The notes below the pieces were generated by a model. It had not been told where the DNA came from and made no database searches. It saw only the letters and a list, made by a program, of their open reading frames with translations. A DNA stretch of 64,000 bases. It comes from Saccostrea cucullata. Its lineage: Eukaryota. Both the position numbers and the translations under genes were made by a program. The stretch's first letter is position 1. Each line of letters begins with the position of its first letter. Below, piece by piece: positions 12,303-25,268 of the stretch. Location of the stretch: assembly GCF_032062105.1 (NCBI RefSeq), contig NW_026930899.1, positions 1 through 64,000 on the forward strand, in the 5' to 3' direction.

Positions 12303-14465
12303 ATCTGAGGTGTGAACAGACAAAAACAATTTATTGTAATCATTTTCTGAATAATTCTGTGATATAGTGTAACAAGTAGTTTGATTATGTTTTATACAGA
12401 TGTACATATATGTCACCATTGAACAAAGAGAAATCAAAAGTGAAATAAAACAAAATGCGAGGAGACGTTTTAAACTAAAAAAGCTAAACACTTTTTTCAT
12501 GTTCCTGCATGTTGCACCCTCAAGATGAAGCTCTGTTTATCAAACACGTTAAAGACCTTACGTGCATCTACAACTTTCTATCGATTCTTAGGGAAAAAAG
12601 TAAAACTGCTGTGCATGAGAAACGTCAGACGTGTATACATGTATTGTGTGATAGCATCTTCAAGACGTGTTGAGATTTAAATATGGATTCTAAAAGACTC
12701 CAAAACACTTCTTAAAATGATATACATGTATATAAAAAATATTTTCCAACATTAGTAACATCAAAACATATTTTTTATACAACCATTTCTCACTATCCAT
12801 GGCATTATCAATTAAGATGCAGACTCTTTGATATTTTAAACAATTGCCTTCCAATACAATAAGAACTCTTTTTTATGAAATAACAAAAAAAAAAAGCAAA
12901 AATGCAAGACACATTTTTACGTACTATGTTTTATATCAACCGTGATGCTTTTGTTGACATATTAATCATATATATATAGTATATAAGATTTGACAGGGGA
13001 GTGTTCCGTCTACTTGTTAATACACGTGACTCACGGCAATCAACAGGGGATGCTAACTTCTGATTGGCTCCTGATACAGCCTCTGGCATTTCATGAGGTC
13101 CCTGTTTATGCCCTGTTTACAGTTTTGTATTATTGATTTCTTAAATCGATCAATAATCGCAAAAATCGATATCTTCACCCTTTTCATTTTTTCTTCTTAT
13201 TTCCCAATGTTTGTTTAGCAGATAAATTAAATGCACGCTTATCATGAGCATATTTGCTCTTGCTCTTACAAAGCTGCAAATGTGCTTCGGGTTCTTATGA
13301 ACTGAATTGTTCATCGGTTTCAATATATAAGAGAACATAATGCAAAAATAATGCAAAAAGTAAAAGTTTTCAATCGTCAGATTGTCGTGTTAATGATTTT
13401 TGAATTTATAAGAGAGAAAAAAACCTTGTCTTTGTATATTAATTGTTCTTTAAAGACCAAGAGAGACCTTCCTGAAAGGGAATGTGAATTGTTTTCTGTA
13501 TGAAGTCAGGTGGTATTGTTTCATACAATCTACTTACTTTTAAGTGACAAATGGGAGTGGGAGTGACAAATTGGAGTGTCTTCTAATGAGTACTTGACTA
13601 ACTGTACTCACCTTTATTTTGCTTTGATCAACAAGTCTTCATCTCGCAGTTTATATTTCAAAACAATAGAAATAAAAAAAAACAATAGGGATAAGAGAAA
13701 AGTCCCTGATAATCATGCAGAATTTCCGTTCTTCTGTCATTGGAAATGCTATATGACGGTATAATCGATATCCGACTTTTGACGAAGAGGGAAATCATAT
13801 TGAACATCATGCCACAGAACTAAATTTATTACCAGACATTGCACAGGCAGTTTTTGAACAAATACTGATAGATAAAATATGACTATAACAAACAACACTT
13901 AAACTCAAAAGTCCATTGAAGTCATACACACAGGGAGCAAAGCTAACAACAAAGGTGCCAAACAAGGGTAAATTACCCATTTCAACCGCTTAAACCTACC
14001 GTGTTCTTCTTGACCTGCAAAGGAAAACGGAGAAATATTAACTGATATGAAAAAAGCAATACATTTTTTTCGGATTTAAGAAATCAAAACTATGATTATG
14101 TCCTTTTTTTAATTTAAAGAAGGGCCAAAGGGTTAATTGCCTATGTCACCTTGACTTTAATTTTTTCAGAGTTATGCATAATTATGTATTTTTAATTGTC
14201 TTCAAAAGGTTCAAATATTGAAAGGTAGCTTAAAAATCATTTTAAAAAGTTAAATCTTTTCGAAATTGTAGGAAAAAAATTCAGTCATTAAATACATTTT
14301 TATCAATATAACATTCATGCTATAATGTTTTTATGCCAGTCTGTATTAGATTTCATATAACTTTCCTGTATTTTTTAATGTATTCCTGAATGTTTACATC
14401 CGTCTCCAAAAAGAGTTTTTTTAAATGATAGTGAGAAGTTTCCTGCTTATTTCTATGTATGAAAA

Positions 14466-16933
14466 ATGAAAAATATCATAAAATGGGTTTACTGTTTTCT
14501 GTTGAACGATAAATACTTGACCTTAAGTACGAATGAAAGCAGTGGAACAACAAGCTGTCCTGTAAATTACTTTTTGGGCGTTCACAAAAATTGCACTGGT
14601 AAGATTTATGTAGTCTATTCTGTTTTCTTTCTTTTAGCCACATTTTAATTAATCATCTTTTTCGAAGAAAAAAGTAAAAAAAAAAATCTTTTAATGTTTA
14701 TTTGCAAGAAAAGTACGTCTTTTCTAAATAAATGAAGAATATTTTGAATAGAGATGAAATAAAATATTTGTACTTAGAGTGTCCTGCAGGGAGCTTTGGC
14801 CACAATTGTAGCGCCCCATGTCCACCTGAATCGTATGGTCGACTGTGTGCAGAGGATTGTAGTGAATGTCCCGCAGATGAGTGCGATAAGGTCACAGGAT
14901 GTCAAGGTATACGATACGTTATATTGAGAGAGAGAGAGAGAGAGAGAGTGTTTGTTTCAAAATTATATATCTGAATATTATAAAGGAATGGTTTACTATC
15001 AATATTTATATATAAATTGCTTAAATACTTTACAGTACATTATGTAATGAAGGATATGAGTCCATAAAACAATACAAAATAGGAGCAGAGCAAACACGGA
15101 CCTTCAAAACATCAGAGATGGGATCATTGCCATGGAGGAATGAGCATTTTACTCGCAATCATTCCTTTATGACCGTAATAGAAAATTAATAAAGAATTAC
15201 CAAAACTTCTGAACAACTTTTACTAAGGCTTTTAATATTTTACATGTTTCCCCCAGAAATCATTTTTCTAATCTTTTGACCCAGACCGTGGAGTTTAACC
15301 CACATTTAAATATTTTAACTTAGGCATAGTTTGTCATAGGTTAGTGTTTGGACTTTAATATTTCACAGGTAGAAGTTTTGTGACAAGTCTTTTCTTTGGG
15401 TAAAACGTTTTCATTCTTGTTCTTCAAGTTTGAATTGGATTTGAGAAAATTATATATTTGTTAAAAGCTGCCATACGGGGACTTCAGTTTTCACAGAGCT
15501 AGAGAATACATTTTTTAAACAGAAGACAATTATTGCTTTCCATATATATTAAAAATGTAACAGAGGATATCCTTTTAAAACAGAAGGAAATTATTTCTGC
15601 TATTTAAAGACTAAACAAAATATACTAGTTACTTTTTAATAAATTTATATAAAAACAATATTGATTAAAGGTAGATAAGGAAATAAATAAAATTATAAAA
15701 AGTACAAGAAAAGTATCTCTAGGATATTTGACACTCAAGTTAAAACAAAGCAGGTTAAAATTGAGAGGTAGTGAAATCGAGAAAAGAAAAAGGAAAACAT
15801 TAAATGTAAAAGATACTAGCCAGTATAATACCTAGCATTCATAATCATTTTATTTATTGATGATAAGTTGCTTACAATTACGGTAAAAATAAATTGTCAT
15901 TCAATGTCTCAGAGGGACTGTTACACATGGAAAGTAAATATCATTAAAGATATACTTTATATAGAATATGTTCTTAAAGAGGCAAGCTATTGGAAAACAA
16001 ATTGATGAAAAAAGGATATCAACTGCCTTGATTGAAGTCATCATCCCTAAGGCTCTATGGTAAATACAATGATCTGGCCGGCAAAGTAAAATATGCCATA
16101 ATTTGTAATGTCACCTAAACTTTTTTAAGAAGAATTAAAAAAAAATAATTAAGCGGTTTGACCTCTTTTAGAGACAAGTCCAGCCCATTGCAATTATTTA
16201 CGTAAACTTGAATCTCTACTACCTCTTGATATTTACATTTTATTTTTACTAATTATAGAATTTTTTGTTCTTGTGGGGAGAATTTCTTCCTTTGTTAAAA
16301 AACTCATAGCTTGACCCGAGCTACAAATGTATATATCCACTCGATATAATTTAAATTATTTTGAATACATTCACATAGAATTAAAAACTCTTTTAAACAA
16401 CTTTGTCTTTTGTGGCTAAGTGGTTCTTTAAAGATCCCAGATGTAAAAATTACTGACTTTATCAGGTATATCATGATAGAATAAAATATAAACGAATGTG
16501 TGATATTTTGGTACATCGTGAGGCATTAAAGTATTACACATTAACTTAAAATTAAATTTTGTCTATATTGATAAATTACATTTTAGTCACAAGTACAGTC
16601 ATTGATGGACAACATGCAACTACTGCCTCTATTCAAACTGAAACAAATGGGACAAATGATTTAATAGAATCAACCTCAGATCGAGCCCCCGTTTCGGATT
16701 CTTCAGGAAGCTCCGATAAAGGAACGGTTTCCGAGTTAATCATTATCAATGGTAGTGTCATCATTTTCTTCCTCGTGATACTCATTATTGTCATGTCTGT
16801 CAGAAAGATCTTTGAGTTCAGGTACTGGAAGAGATGTGTCGCAGCGAGGAACACTCAAACTGCCATAGATGAAACAGTATATGCGGAAGTTTATGAATTG
16901 ACTGAAATAAAAAATGGAGGAATCAAAAAATGA
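14466..16933 (+). CDS. G3: single-EGF receptor, short tail with ITSM-like TVYAEV
   Basis: Exons 14466-14598 (MKNIIKWVYCFLL..SCPVNYFLGVHKNCT), 14778-14906 (CPAGSFGHNC..DKVTGCQ), 16587-16933 (stalk, TM LIIINGSVIIFFLVILIIVMSV, tail ..DETVYAEVYEL..). Phases 1,1. Confidence 0.85.
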
Positions 16934-17699
16934 CATGAGAAAAGACATACACGGAGAAAGTATTATTTACCGGGAAAAAAAGCATATAATATTATTTATG
17001 GCAAAAGATAAAATATAAAAGGAAAATACAATATTGAACACCAACACCATTGTCTTATCACGTTGTCATAAATAAACTTTTTATGTTTCGAAAATAATTT
17101 TATTATGTTTTATTTGAATTTTGAAATGTGATTTCCATTATTTAAGGATATGCGTAATAATTCGAAGTTTAGGTGAAATAGTGTACCGTTGAATCTACCT
17201 TAATAAGTTCTATCACTTTGCTTGTTGATGTTGCACTTGGAAAAAGGCGTACTGGCAAATTATCTAAACGTACAGTTGATGAATAATGGTTACAAAACAG
17301 AAGAGGAGCGAGACTTTTTGAGTTTTAATGACAATGTGTGCATACTAGTATTTCTGATAATCACTACTGGTTGAAATCAATAGAATAACACAAACATCCC
17401 AAACTACACCTAATATCTGAATTGTTATCATTGTCACAAGGTTAAAAAAATTCATATCATTAATCTCTCTTGAAATAACTGCTTTCTTTACATTTTGTGG
17501 AAATTCTATATCAATTTTAATTTAAGAGTTGAAAAGTGGGATTTGTATCTCTCTGTAACATCCCTTCCTGGTACAACAAAAAAAAAACACACATAAAAAA
17601 CCATTAATCAAGAATTCACAAATCTTTTTTCCCCAATTATTTTCCAAGACTTATATATATGTATAGATAAATATGTAATCAGTTTTGGTGAGTGTGTGA

Positions 17700-18790
17700 C
17701 AATATCTCTACATATTTAACTGTGAGAAGATTATTGTATTTTTATTTAAAGCTCTAGTGAGGAAAACAAGAAACATTTAATTGGAGTCAGTAAGAATATC
17801 TAATGTTAATTTTAAATTTCTGTTGAAGTTGCTCTTATCATTTCTTAAGAGTTGAAGGATTAATTTCATTTCTTTCTTGAATTCATTCAAGAATATTGAA
17901 GTAGTAATAATTTTATTTTCATACTTGATGCTGTTTCTTGTTTTCCGTATTGACCACTTGTAAATATAAATCTAGGTGTTAATACAGATTGGAACATTTT
18001 TGGGTTCTCCAGCGAATCCCAATAAAACAAAACATGCATACATCAACTTTGATTGGATTCACAACAGGGATTTTTAATATTATATTTTGCACCACTTCTA
18101 AAAGTGGTTTGACATGTTTTCATCATAAAAAAGATGTTTCTGACTCTCAATATTTGATTTACAGAAAAAGAATTTACCATTTGATAAACCCATTTTACTT
18201 AATTTTTCTTCAGTGTATAAGATATTTTGCCAACATTTCTATTGAAATTCTGGAATCTTTTGTTTTAACCTTACTTCATAAATTGAGCCCCAAATTCTTT
18301 TCCATGTGCTTTCAATTTGCATCAATTTCTCCCATTTTGCTTGAGATTTTGGAGTTTTTTTTTTTGTTTGATACTTTTTGTATATCTTTGAATTTTATAT
18401 CTTCAAAATTTATGAGCTTGTTTGTTTTTCTTACAAATAAAATATTATCATACAGTGCATAATAATTATGTATTTCATTATCTTTTATTTTAACAGTATT
18501 TACTCCCTTCAAGAATGTCAAGATATGATTTAGGTATAGCGGCTTTTATTTTACTGTATTCAAAAATCCAACTCCTTTTATCAAGAAGTTTTGAAAATAT
18601 GTAAGCATTAGTCTTAAAAGTCTTAGTATCTATATCCCAAATATCTCCAATTGTTTTTAAACCACATTTAATAAAAGACATTTTATATAGGCTTTTACCA
18701 CGAAATTGTATAAATTTATTCCAAAAAATCTGACATTTCAAAATGTCATCTTTGCTTTTTGGTTGAAAGTGTGATCTAAATTCTGGCTAA
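17700..18790 (-). mobile_element. Degenerate Tx1/L1-clade LINE ORF2 C-terminal fragment
   Basis: ORF 18490-18741 (IFWNKFIQFRGKSLY..GLKTIGDIWD..KAAIPK) resembles the post-RT region of Tx1/L1 elements. Many stops and frameshifts downstream. Confidence 0.6.
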
Positions 18791-18874
18791 GCCAGAATTC
18801 GCAAATCTAATAGCATTAGTCTTGCTCTTTTTTCAACCTAGATACCCAGGGGCCAAATGGGAGATTTTGAAAGA

Positions 18875-19290
18875 CATGTTGCTTTTTGGTTTTCACTTTC
18901 ACATTGGTCATTTGCCAACATTATTTAAAATTTAGTTAAAAATCATTCTAATACACAGAAGTATTCAGAATCGATATCAAAAAGATGTTTGTGTTTCTTA
19001 TTGACAATACTTATGTGGTTTTTTGAGATCACGTCTTCCAACAATCTATTGGAATTCTCATGGGTACCAATTGCAAGACCTAGATGTGTCAGACTCTGTG
19101 GTATCTTTTATCTCAAGCTTTCCAGGATTTATCGCATCAACGTAGGAATGGTAATTACCAATATTAATTGACAATACGTCGTCGATATATCTTAATCTCG
19201 AGTTGAAGGCCACATCAACTGTTTTTTTTTACTTTTTGCGCATTAGATTTTGCACAATTTCTGCTTCATATGAATACAAAAATAAAAAGG
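18875..19290. mobile_element. Penelope-like RT fragment with internal inversion
   Basis: Plus strand up to QQSIGILMGTNC (~19075), then the adjoining RT segment (LYSYEAE..RYIDDVLSIN..EIKDTTESDTS) on the minus strand. Confidence 0.75.
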
Positions 19291-20314
19291 CTTGGTTTAA
19301 CATTTACTTGAACCTTGCTATATGTTTTATGTTTATAGAGAGTTTTATGAAGTTTCTGAATCAATTAAAGATATGATTACAATATATATTTCGATTGTTT
19401 GGACTATAAGATTTAAAACTGACATATGATGTTGAAGAATACCTGCCTTAAAAAGAGAACTGTGAGTATAAGTTTGATTATTACTTGTAGAATCAAATCC
19501 AGGTTCTTCTACACTACAATTTATATTATGATCCTTACAAATGAAGACAATTAAAGGTTTTTTTTTATCCTCCTAGAACTTAATTTCAAATAATCAAATT
19601 ATTTTATTACTATTATTTTTTAAAGTAAATTAATAATTGATAATATGACTCTATGACTCTATTAAATATGCATAAACAGTTTAATCACATTAATTCAATA
19701 CTATAGTACGTTCTAAAATATTTTCTGTGTAACTTTTACTTTTCTTTAAAGAAAATAGCTTTCTTCTTTTGAAAGAATTAAAAGTAGAATGATTTAAAAA
19801 TTATCAATGTTCATGTATAAATAAAACGTTTTTATTTCAATAAGTCATACCATAAAGAATACGTATGCTTCGTGACAATACACGAAGAAATACATTCTAA
19901 GAGGAATGGCCGAAGTTATTATACTTTTGACAACAAAGAATACGTGTAACTTGTAGCCTTATTCCTATTATTTTTAGTAAAACAATTTAGGGCTAGAATT
20001 GTATTTAAATGAAACTGTAGCCATGCGGTGAGTATTTGACTTAATTTTTTTGCATTATAAACCAAGGTAAAGGAAAAAAAAACCCACCTTTTTTAAAATT
20101 CTCTTCTGGATTGTAATACGGAATTTTATTTAAGAAATGTATGTCTTTCAAACATCATGACATAAACACAACAATTTTATTCAGTTGTGCTAACATATAT
20201 GCATATATATATATTTGTATTTCTGAATATATTCATAAAATCTACATCCGCCTTTATGGAGAGTTATGTCAAACAAAAAAAAAGATGTTTCCTGTTGGAT
20301 TCTATGTAGGAAAA

Positions 20315-20735
20315 ATGAAAACACATATCATAAAATGGATTTGTTGTTTTCTGTTAAACGATAAATATTTGACGTTAACAGACACAGTCAATGAGGCAAA
20401 GGGTTGTCCTGTAAATTACTTTTTCGACGTGGACAAGAAAAATTGTACAGGTAATAATTATTACATCTCGTGGTTTGTTTAATCTTTGACGAAAACAGTA
20501 AGAAAACATTTGATTTTTTCTTCTCATTTTTTGCAAAGAAAGGTCATCTTTCAAAGTAACTGTAGAATATCGCATAATGATTTTATAAAGAATGTTTCTA
20601 CCTAGAGTGTCCTCCAGGGAGCTTTGGCCAAAATTGTAGCGCCCCGTGTCCACCTAAATCGTATGGTCGACTGTGTGCAGAGGATTGTAGTGAATGCCCC
20701 CAAGATGAGTGCGATAAGGTCACAGGATGTCAAGG

Positions 20736-20800
<65 letters not shown>

Positions 20801-22664
20801 TAAGTTGCTTTTATTTTGAAATACAGACTTTGCTGTATGTAACAAGCAATCATTGACTGATGGGTTTTATTCAATTTTCTTTCGGCAATATTTTTCCATT
20901 TCTCCAAATAGGATGTTTACTTTTCATGAATTGTACAGACATACTTCATATATTATTTTTAGTTGAATATTATACAACATATATCCGACAGTTTTTGTTT
21001 AAAATGTCAATTGAATAAGAGGGTGTCAAAATAAAAGGGTCAAAACATATTGACTAGACGGGTTTCACACTCGAAATAAAAGGAAGTATGAACACACTTT
21101 TAATAATATTATTAAATAATGGAAACATTCCCTTCAAAGAAATACAAAAAGGAAGATATCCAATAGTTTTGACAATGTTAAACAATATTTAATTCATAAA
21201 ATTTGATATAACTTACAAATTGTAATTATTTTTTTAAAGAAAATGCTTTCAATGAATCAGGGAAATCGAATGCACTTTAGGAATTTGAAAATTCTAAAGA
21301 AAATATGAATTTATTCGTCCTGAGATAATATCACCTTAAATATCCTTTTAAAAGTAACGCTACATAAATAATAACAAACATATACGTTATAAAATGATGT
21401 AAAGATGCTGGGAAATCAAAAAAAAGTAAAGATAAAGGATGGGTCCATGACTTTATACTTTTGACAGGAAATATATTTCCAGTAGAAAGTTTTTACACTT
21501 GGATACTCAGGCATCATAATATACCCAAAATAATTTTGAGCTGTTCTAAAAATAGAAGCAAACAGATAATAGATTTTCATCAAAACCCCATCCCCAGGAA
21601 AACAAATATACAAAACAAAAAAGACAAGCAAAAGAAAAAATAACAAATTAACCACAAAAACAGATGTGGGAATCAAATTAACCATTTCTAACTGCTAATC
21701 AACATGCTTAAACAATGGTGTGTGAATTCAAAATTTCGAAATCAAAAAAAAAAATATCCCGAAACCCATCACCTTTGATTGGAGAATAGTTGTCTACGTT
21801 TATATCGATTTTGCTATATTGTATTTTGGTCTGTTTTTGGTGTATGTATATATTTATTTTTCAGGGACATCTACAAAACCTGAATTTTACCGATCGTCTA
21901 CAACAATATCATCAGCAGTAACATCAGTGTTTGAGATATCATCATCAATACTACCAACATCCTTGTCGACAGACAGATTAACCACAATTTTAAAGAGTAA
22001 ACCATCACAACCATCAACTGTAGAAACAAAGGACGAGCCTAGCATTTTAACTATAATTCTGATAGTGGTGGGTTTTGCTGCTCTTATCATAATAATATTG
22101 ATTGCTATTCTTTTTATTGTTGTGAGACGACTATGGGTTCTACATACCAAAAGAACATATCATAGAACCGAAAATGAATCAAAACACTTAAAGGAAGGAA
22201 ACGAATCGGGGGAATATCAGGAAATTGAAATAGATAGAAATCTGGTTATCCAAAGCGAAGTATCAGGACACCGCTATAACACAATAATGCAGGAAATGGA
22301 TCAACCTATTGGTACCAAGTATGAAGAGCCTCGATCCAAAATAAATCAGGAAATGAAAACACTGTATTCTCATTACAGGGAAATAGACGAAGAAAACTCT
22401 TCCTCGACAGGGAATAATGGTGGATATATAGAGCCAGAATCAAGTGGGCAAATACATGCCTATCTTGAAGTTATAGAACCTATAGTACATAGTTCTGATT
22501 CAGCTTATAGCTACAATGATGGCGTTAGCTTAAAATGTCATAGGTCCGACCAAAATTCTGATCATATCGAAGAAAACGATGATAACTATTTGAGTGCATC
22601 CAATGCTATTGAAATACATGAAGCAAAAGACAATGATTATTTAGACGTTGTCCACAATAAGTGA
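20315..22664 (+). CDS. G4: single-EGF receptor, G3-like ectodomain plus G1-like long tail
   Basis: Exons 20315-20450 (MKTHIIKWICCFLL..GCPVNYFFDVDKKNCT; alternative ATG at 20285), 20606-20734 (EGF), 21865-22664 (S/T stalk, TM ILTIILIVVGFAALIIIILIAILFIVV, tail ending DYLDVVHNK). Confidence 0.87.
20739..20798. repeat. (GA)n microsatellite just after the G4 EGF exon; counterpart at ~14926-14948 after the G3 EGF exon
   Basis: Direct inspection. Confidence 0.95.
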
Positions 22665-23100
22665 CTAGTAGTAATACGAATATGCTATATAACAAGCAAA
22701 AATGCATATTGTTAAAAGTTTTTTCTCTCTACTAGAAGTAATGATAGTATAGCCCTCAGGGCTTAACGGCTTTCTGCGATGGATGAAACGGCTTATTTCC
22801 ATATACATTAAAAGATTATGTAATAGGTATCTCTCGATATCCTCATATAAATTAAAAGCATATATAATATGGGTATCTCTCGATATCCTCATATAACTAT
22901 TTTTTAAAGTTTTCAAATATCACATAATACAAATAGTAATAATATTCTTTTTATTTATTCTGGGCATTATTTTTCTCAAATAAATATTTCAGCACCATAT
23001 CCATTTTAACTTTTTTTGTTTAAATGTATATAAAACATTTTTAATAAAGATTATATTATCAAAAAACTTGATCCGAAGGTTTGTATCAAGTTGTATTAAA

Positions 23101-23340
23101 TTGACAGGCGCGGATTATAAGATCAAACGAGACGCAAAACGTCGAGTTTGATCTGATGATCTGCACCCGTCAACGATATGTGATGTGACTCTTCGAATCA
23201 ACACACTGTAATAATGATTCATTTATTATAGCAGTAACTTGAACTGAAGAGCCGTATCACGTCTTGTTGACAGGCGCATATCACCAGATCAAACTCGACG
23301 CTTTGCGTCTCCTTTGATCTGATGATCCGCGCCTGTCAAC
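23101..23340. repeat. Pair of mutually inverted ~75-bp hairpins
   Basis: TTGACAGGCGCGG..GACGCAAAACGTC..GTCAAC (23101-23174) and GTTGACAGGCGC..GACGCTTTGCGTC..GCGCCTGTCAAC (23266-23340). Confidence 0.8.
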
Positions 23341-23419
23341 TCGACGTGATATAACCATTCGAATCAAGTTAATGTTATAGCAAAATATAGTAAACAAAAA
23401 CTGGAGAGTTCAATTTCAT

Positions 23420-23980
23420 TCTTATGTCGAAACGATATATCCCGGTGAGTTTGAGATAACCACAGAGCCTGATAAATTTGTTTAATATTTGGATATTTTA
23501 CTTGAAAAAGACGTTAATGGTCACTGCATGGTAATCTAACAACCAAGTTCTAATATGTATTTCAATTAATGTAATACACAAAATCATGCTGTACGTATGA
23601 ACAATCTCTGAAACGAGGTAAATTATTGAAGCTGATGAAAAAAGAATTCCAGCAGTCTCGTTTAAAGTCATAATTTCGTAAGCACTGTGTAACATTAACA
23701 GCAAAGACAATTTTTCAGAGTCAAATGCTGACTGACGTTTTTCATACTAATTGTTAGTCCATTATTTATGCACTGAATTGACAACGGATTCTTTCCGTTA
23801 TTTCCCAATCATGACAGGGAGCATACGGCGGGTGTGACAGGTTGGCAGGGGATGCTCATTCCGCTATGGCATCTGATCCCATCTCTGATGTTTTGGAGGT
23901 CCGTGTTTGCTCTGCTCCTATTTTGTCTTGTTTTATGGACTTTTGATCTTCAATACTCTTCGTTATCTCCATATGTTTCA
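23420..23980 (+). mobile_element. Penelope-like RT 3' fragment and 3' UTR
   Basis: IYPGEFE..YLDILLEKD.., SRLKS..RK, QMLTDVFHTNC, then the conserved GGCGGGTGTGAC..GGGATGCTC..CTGATCCC..GGAGGTCCGTGTTTGCTC segment. Confidence 0.8.
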
Positions 23981-24356
23981 TATATCATCTCGTCACTTTA
24001 CATAATACTCTGATATTATATCAAAGCATTTATAGTGGAAAAGGATTGCCCGCGAGAAAGTTTTAAAAAGTTCATTAATTAAGCAGTAGGCAATTAACAA
24101 AGATTGCATTGAAGTCTATGGGAAAAGGCGTTTTTTTTTTCTCAAAATAAAAATTTTAATAATTTGAATATCAATAAATCCTGCGGTGGAAAGATGCATT
24201 GAACATTAAAAATAGAATGACAATTAAAAACAGTTTTTTACCGACTATTTTTTTTTAAAATTGATTTTTTTATTAATTAAAAAGGGGAGATAACTCTAAC
24301 TAAAATTCAAGGTCATAAATTAGGACACATCCCACTATACATACTAGTAATAAATG

Positions 24357-24527
24357 GGAATCATGTCTAAATAAACCGAGTATTCAGTGCCTTCTGTTAT
24401 GTTATGTATTCAATTTTATTGAATTTGTTCCTATTAGGGATGGAATCATGTCTAAATAAACCGAGTATTCAGTGCCTTCTGTTATGTTATGTATTCAATT
24501 TCATTGAATTTGTTCCTATTAGGGATT
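24357..24527. repeat. 85-bp tandem duplication
   Basis: GGAATCATGTCTAAATAAACCGAG...CCTATTAGGGAT occurs twice with an 85-bp period. Confidence 0.9.
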
Positions 24528-24552
24528 GAATACCTTAAGGCTAGGAGGAAGG

Positions 24553-25268
24553 ATATGGAGATAACGAACAGTTCAATCGCAAAGTCCATTAAACAATATA
24601 CAAAACAATAGCAGAGCAAACACGGACCTCCGAAACATCAGAGGTGGGATCAGGTGCCATGGAGGAGTTAGCATCCCCTGCCGACCGGTCACACCCGCCG
24701 TGTGCTCCTTGTCATGATCAGGAAATAACGGAAAAATCCGTCGTCAATTCAGTGTATAAATAATGGACTAACAATTGGTATGAAAAACGTCAGTCAGCAT
24801 TTGACGCAATGATAAATTGTATTTGCTGACAAGGCCATTGTATCGACCATAAAACTTACGAAATGATGACTTTACACGTGTCTGTTGATATTCTTGTTTC
24901 ATCAACTTGCTTGTCAATAATTTACCTCGTTTAAGAAATTGTTCATACGTAGAGCATGCTCTTGCGCATCGAATCAACTGAGATATATACACTCCGTATG
25001 AAGGTGATGAAGGTATATTGCTGCATGAGTAAGGGAAGTTGACGATATAAAAGTTAAAGTCATCACGTTTATCATATACCTTGGTTGTTAGATTACCATT
25101 AGTGTCTTTTTCAAGTAAAATATCCAAGTATGAAGCAGAAGTGTCGGACTCTGTGGTATCTTTTATCTCAAGCTCACCGGAATATATAGTATTGACGTAG
25201 GAATGCAAATTATCAGTATTAACTGACAATACGTCGTCGATATATCTAAATGTCGAGTTGAAGGCCAA
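24553..25268 (-). mobile_element. Penelope-like element 3' part (RT C-terminus, no C-terminal GIY-YIG; Naiad-like)
   Basis: ORF 24768-25268: FRYIDDVLS..SASYLDILL..TTKVYDKRDDFNF.IVNFP..SNIPSSPSYGVYISQLIR..RKFYGRY..TDVFHTNC*, followed by a conserved 3' UTR. The Naiad assignment is inferred from the ORF ending after the RT thumb. Confidence 0.85.
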
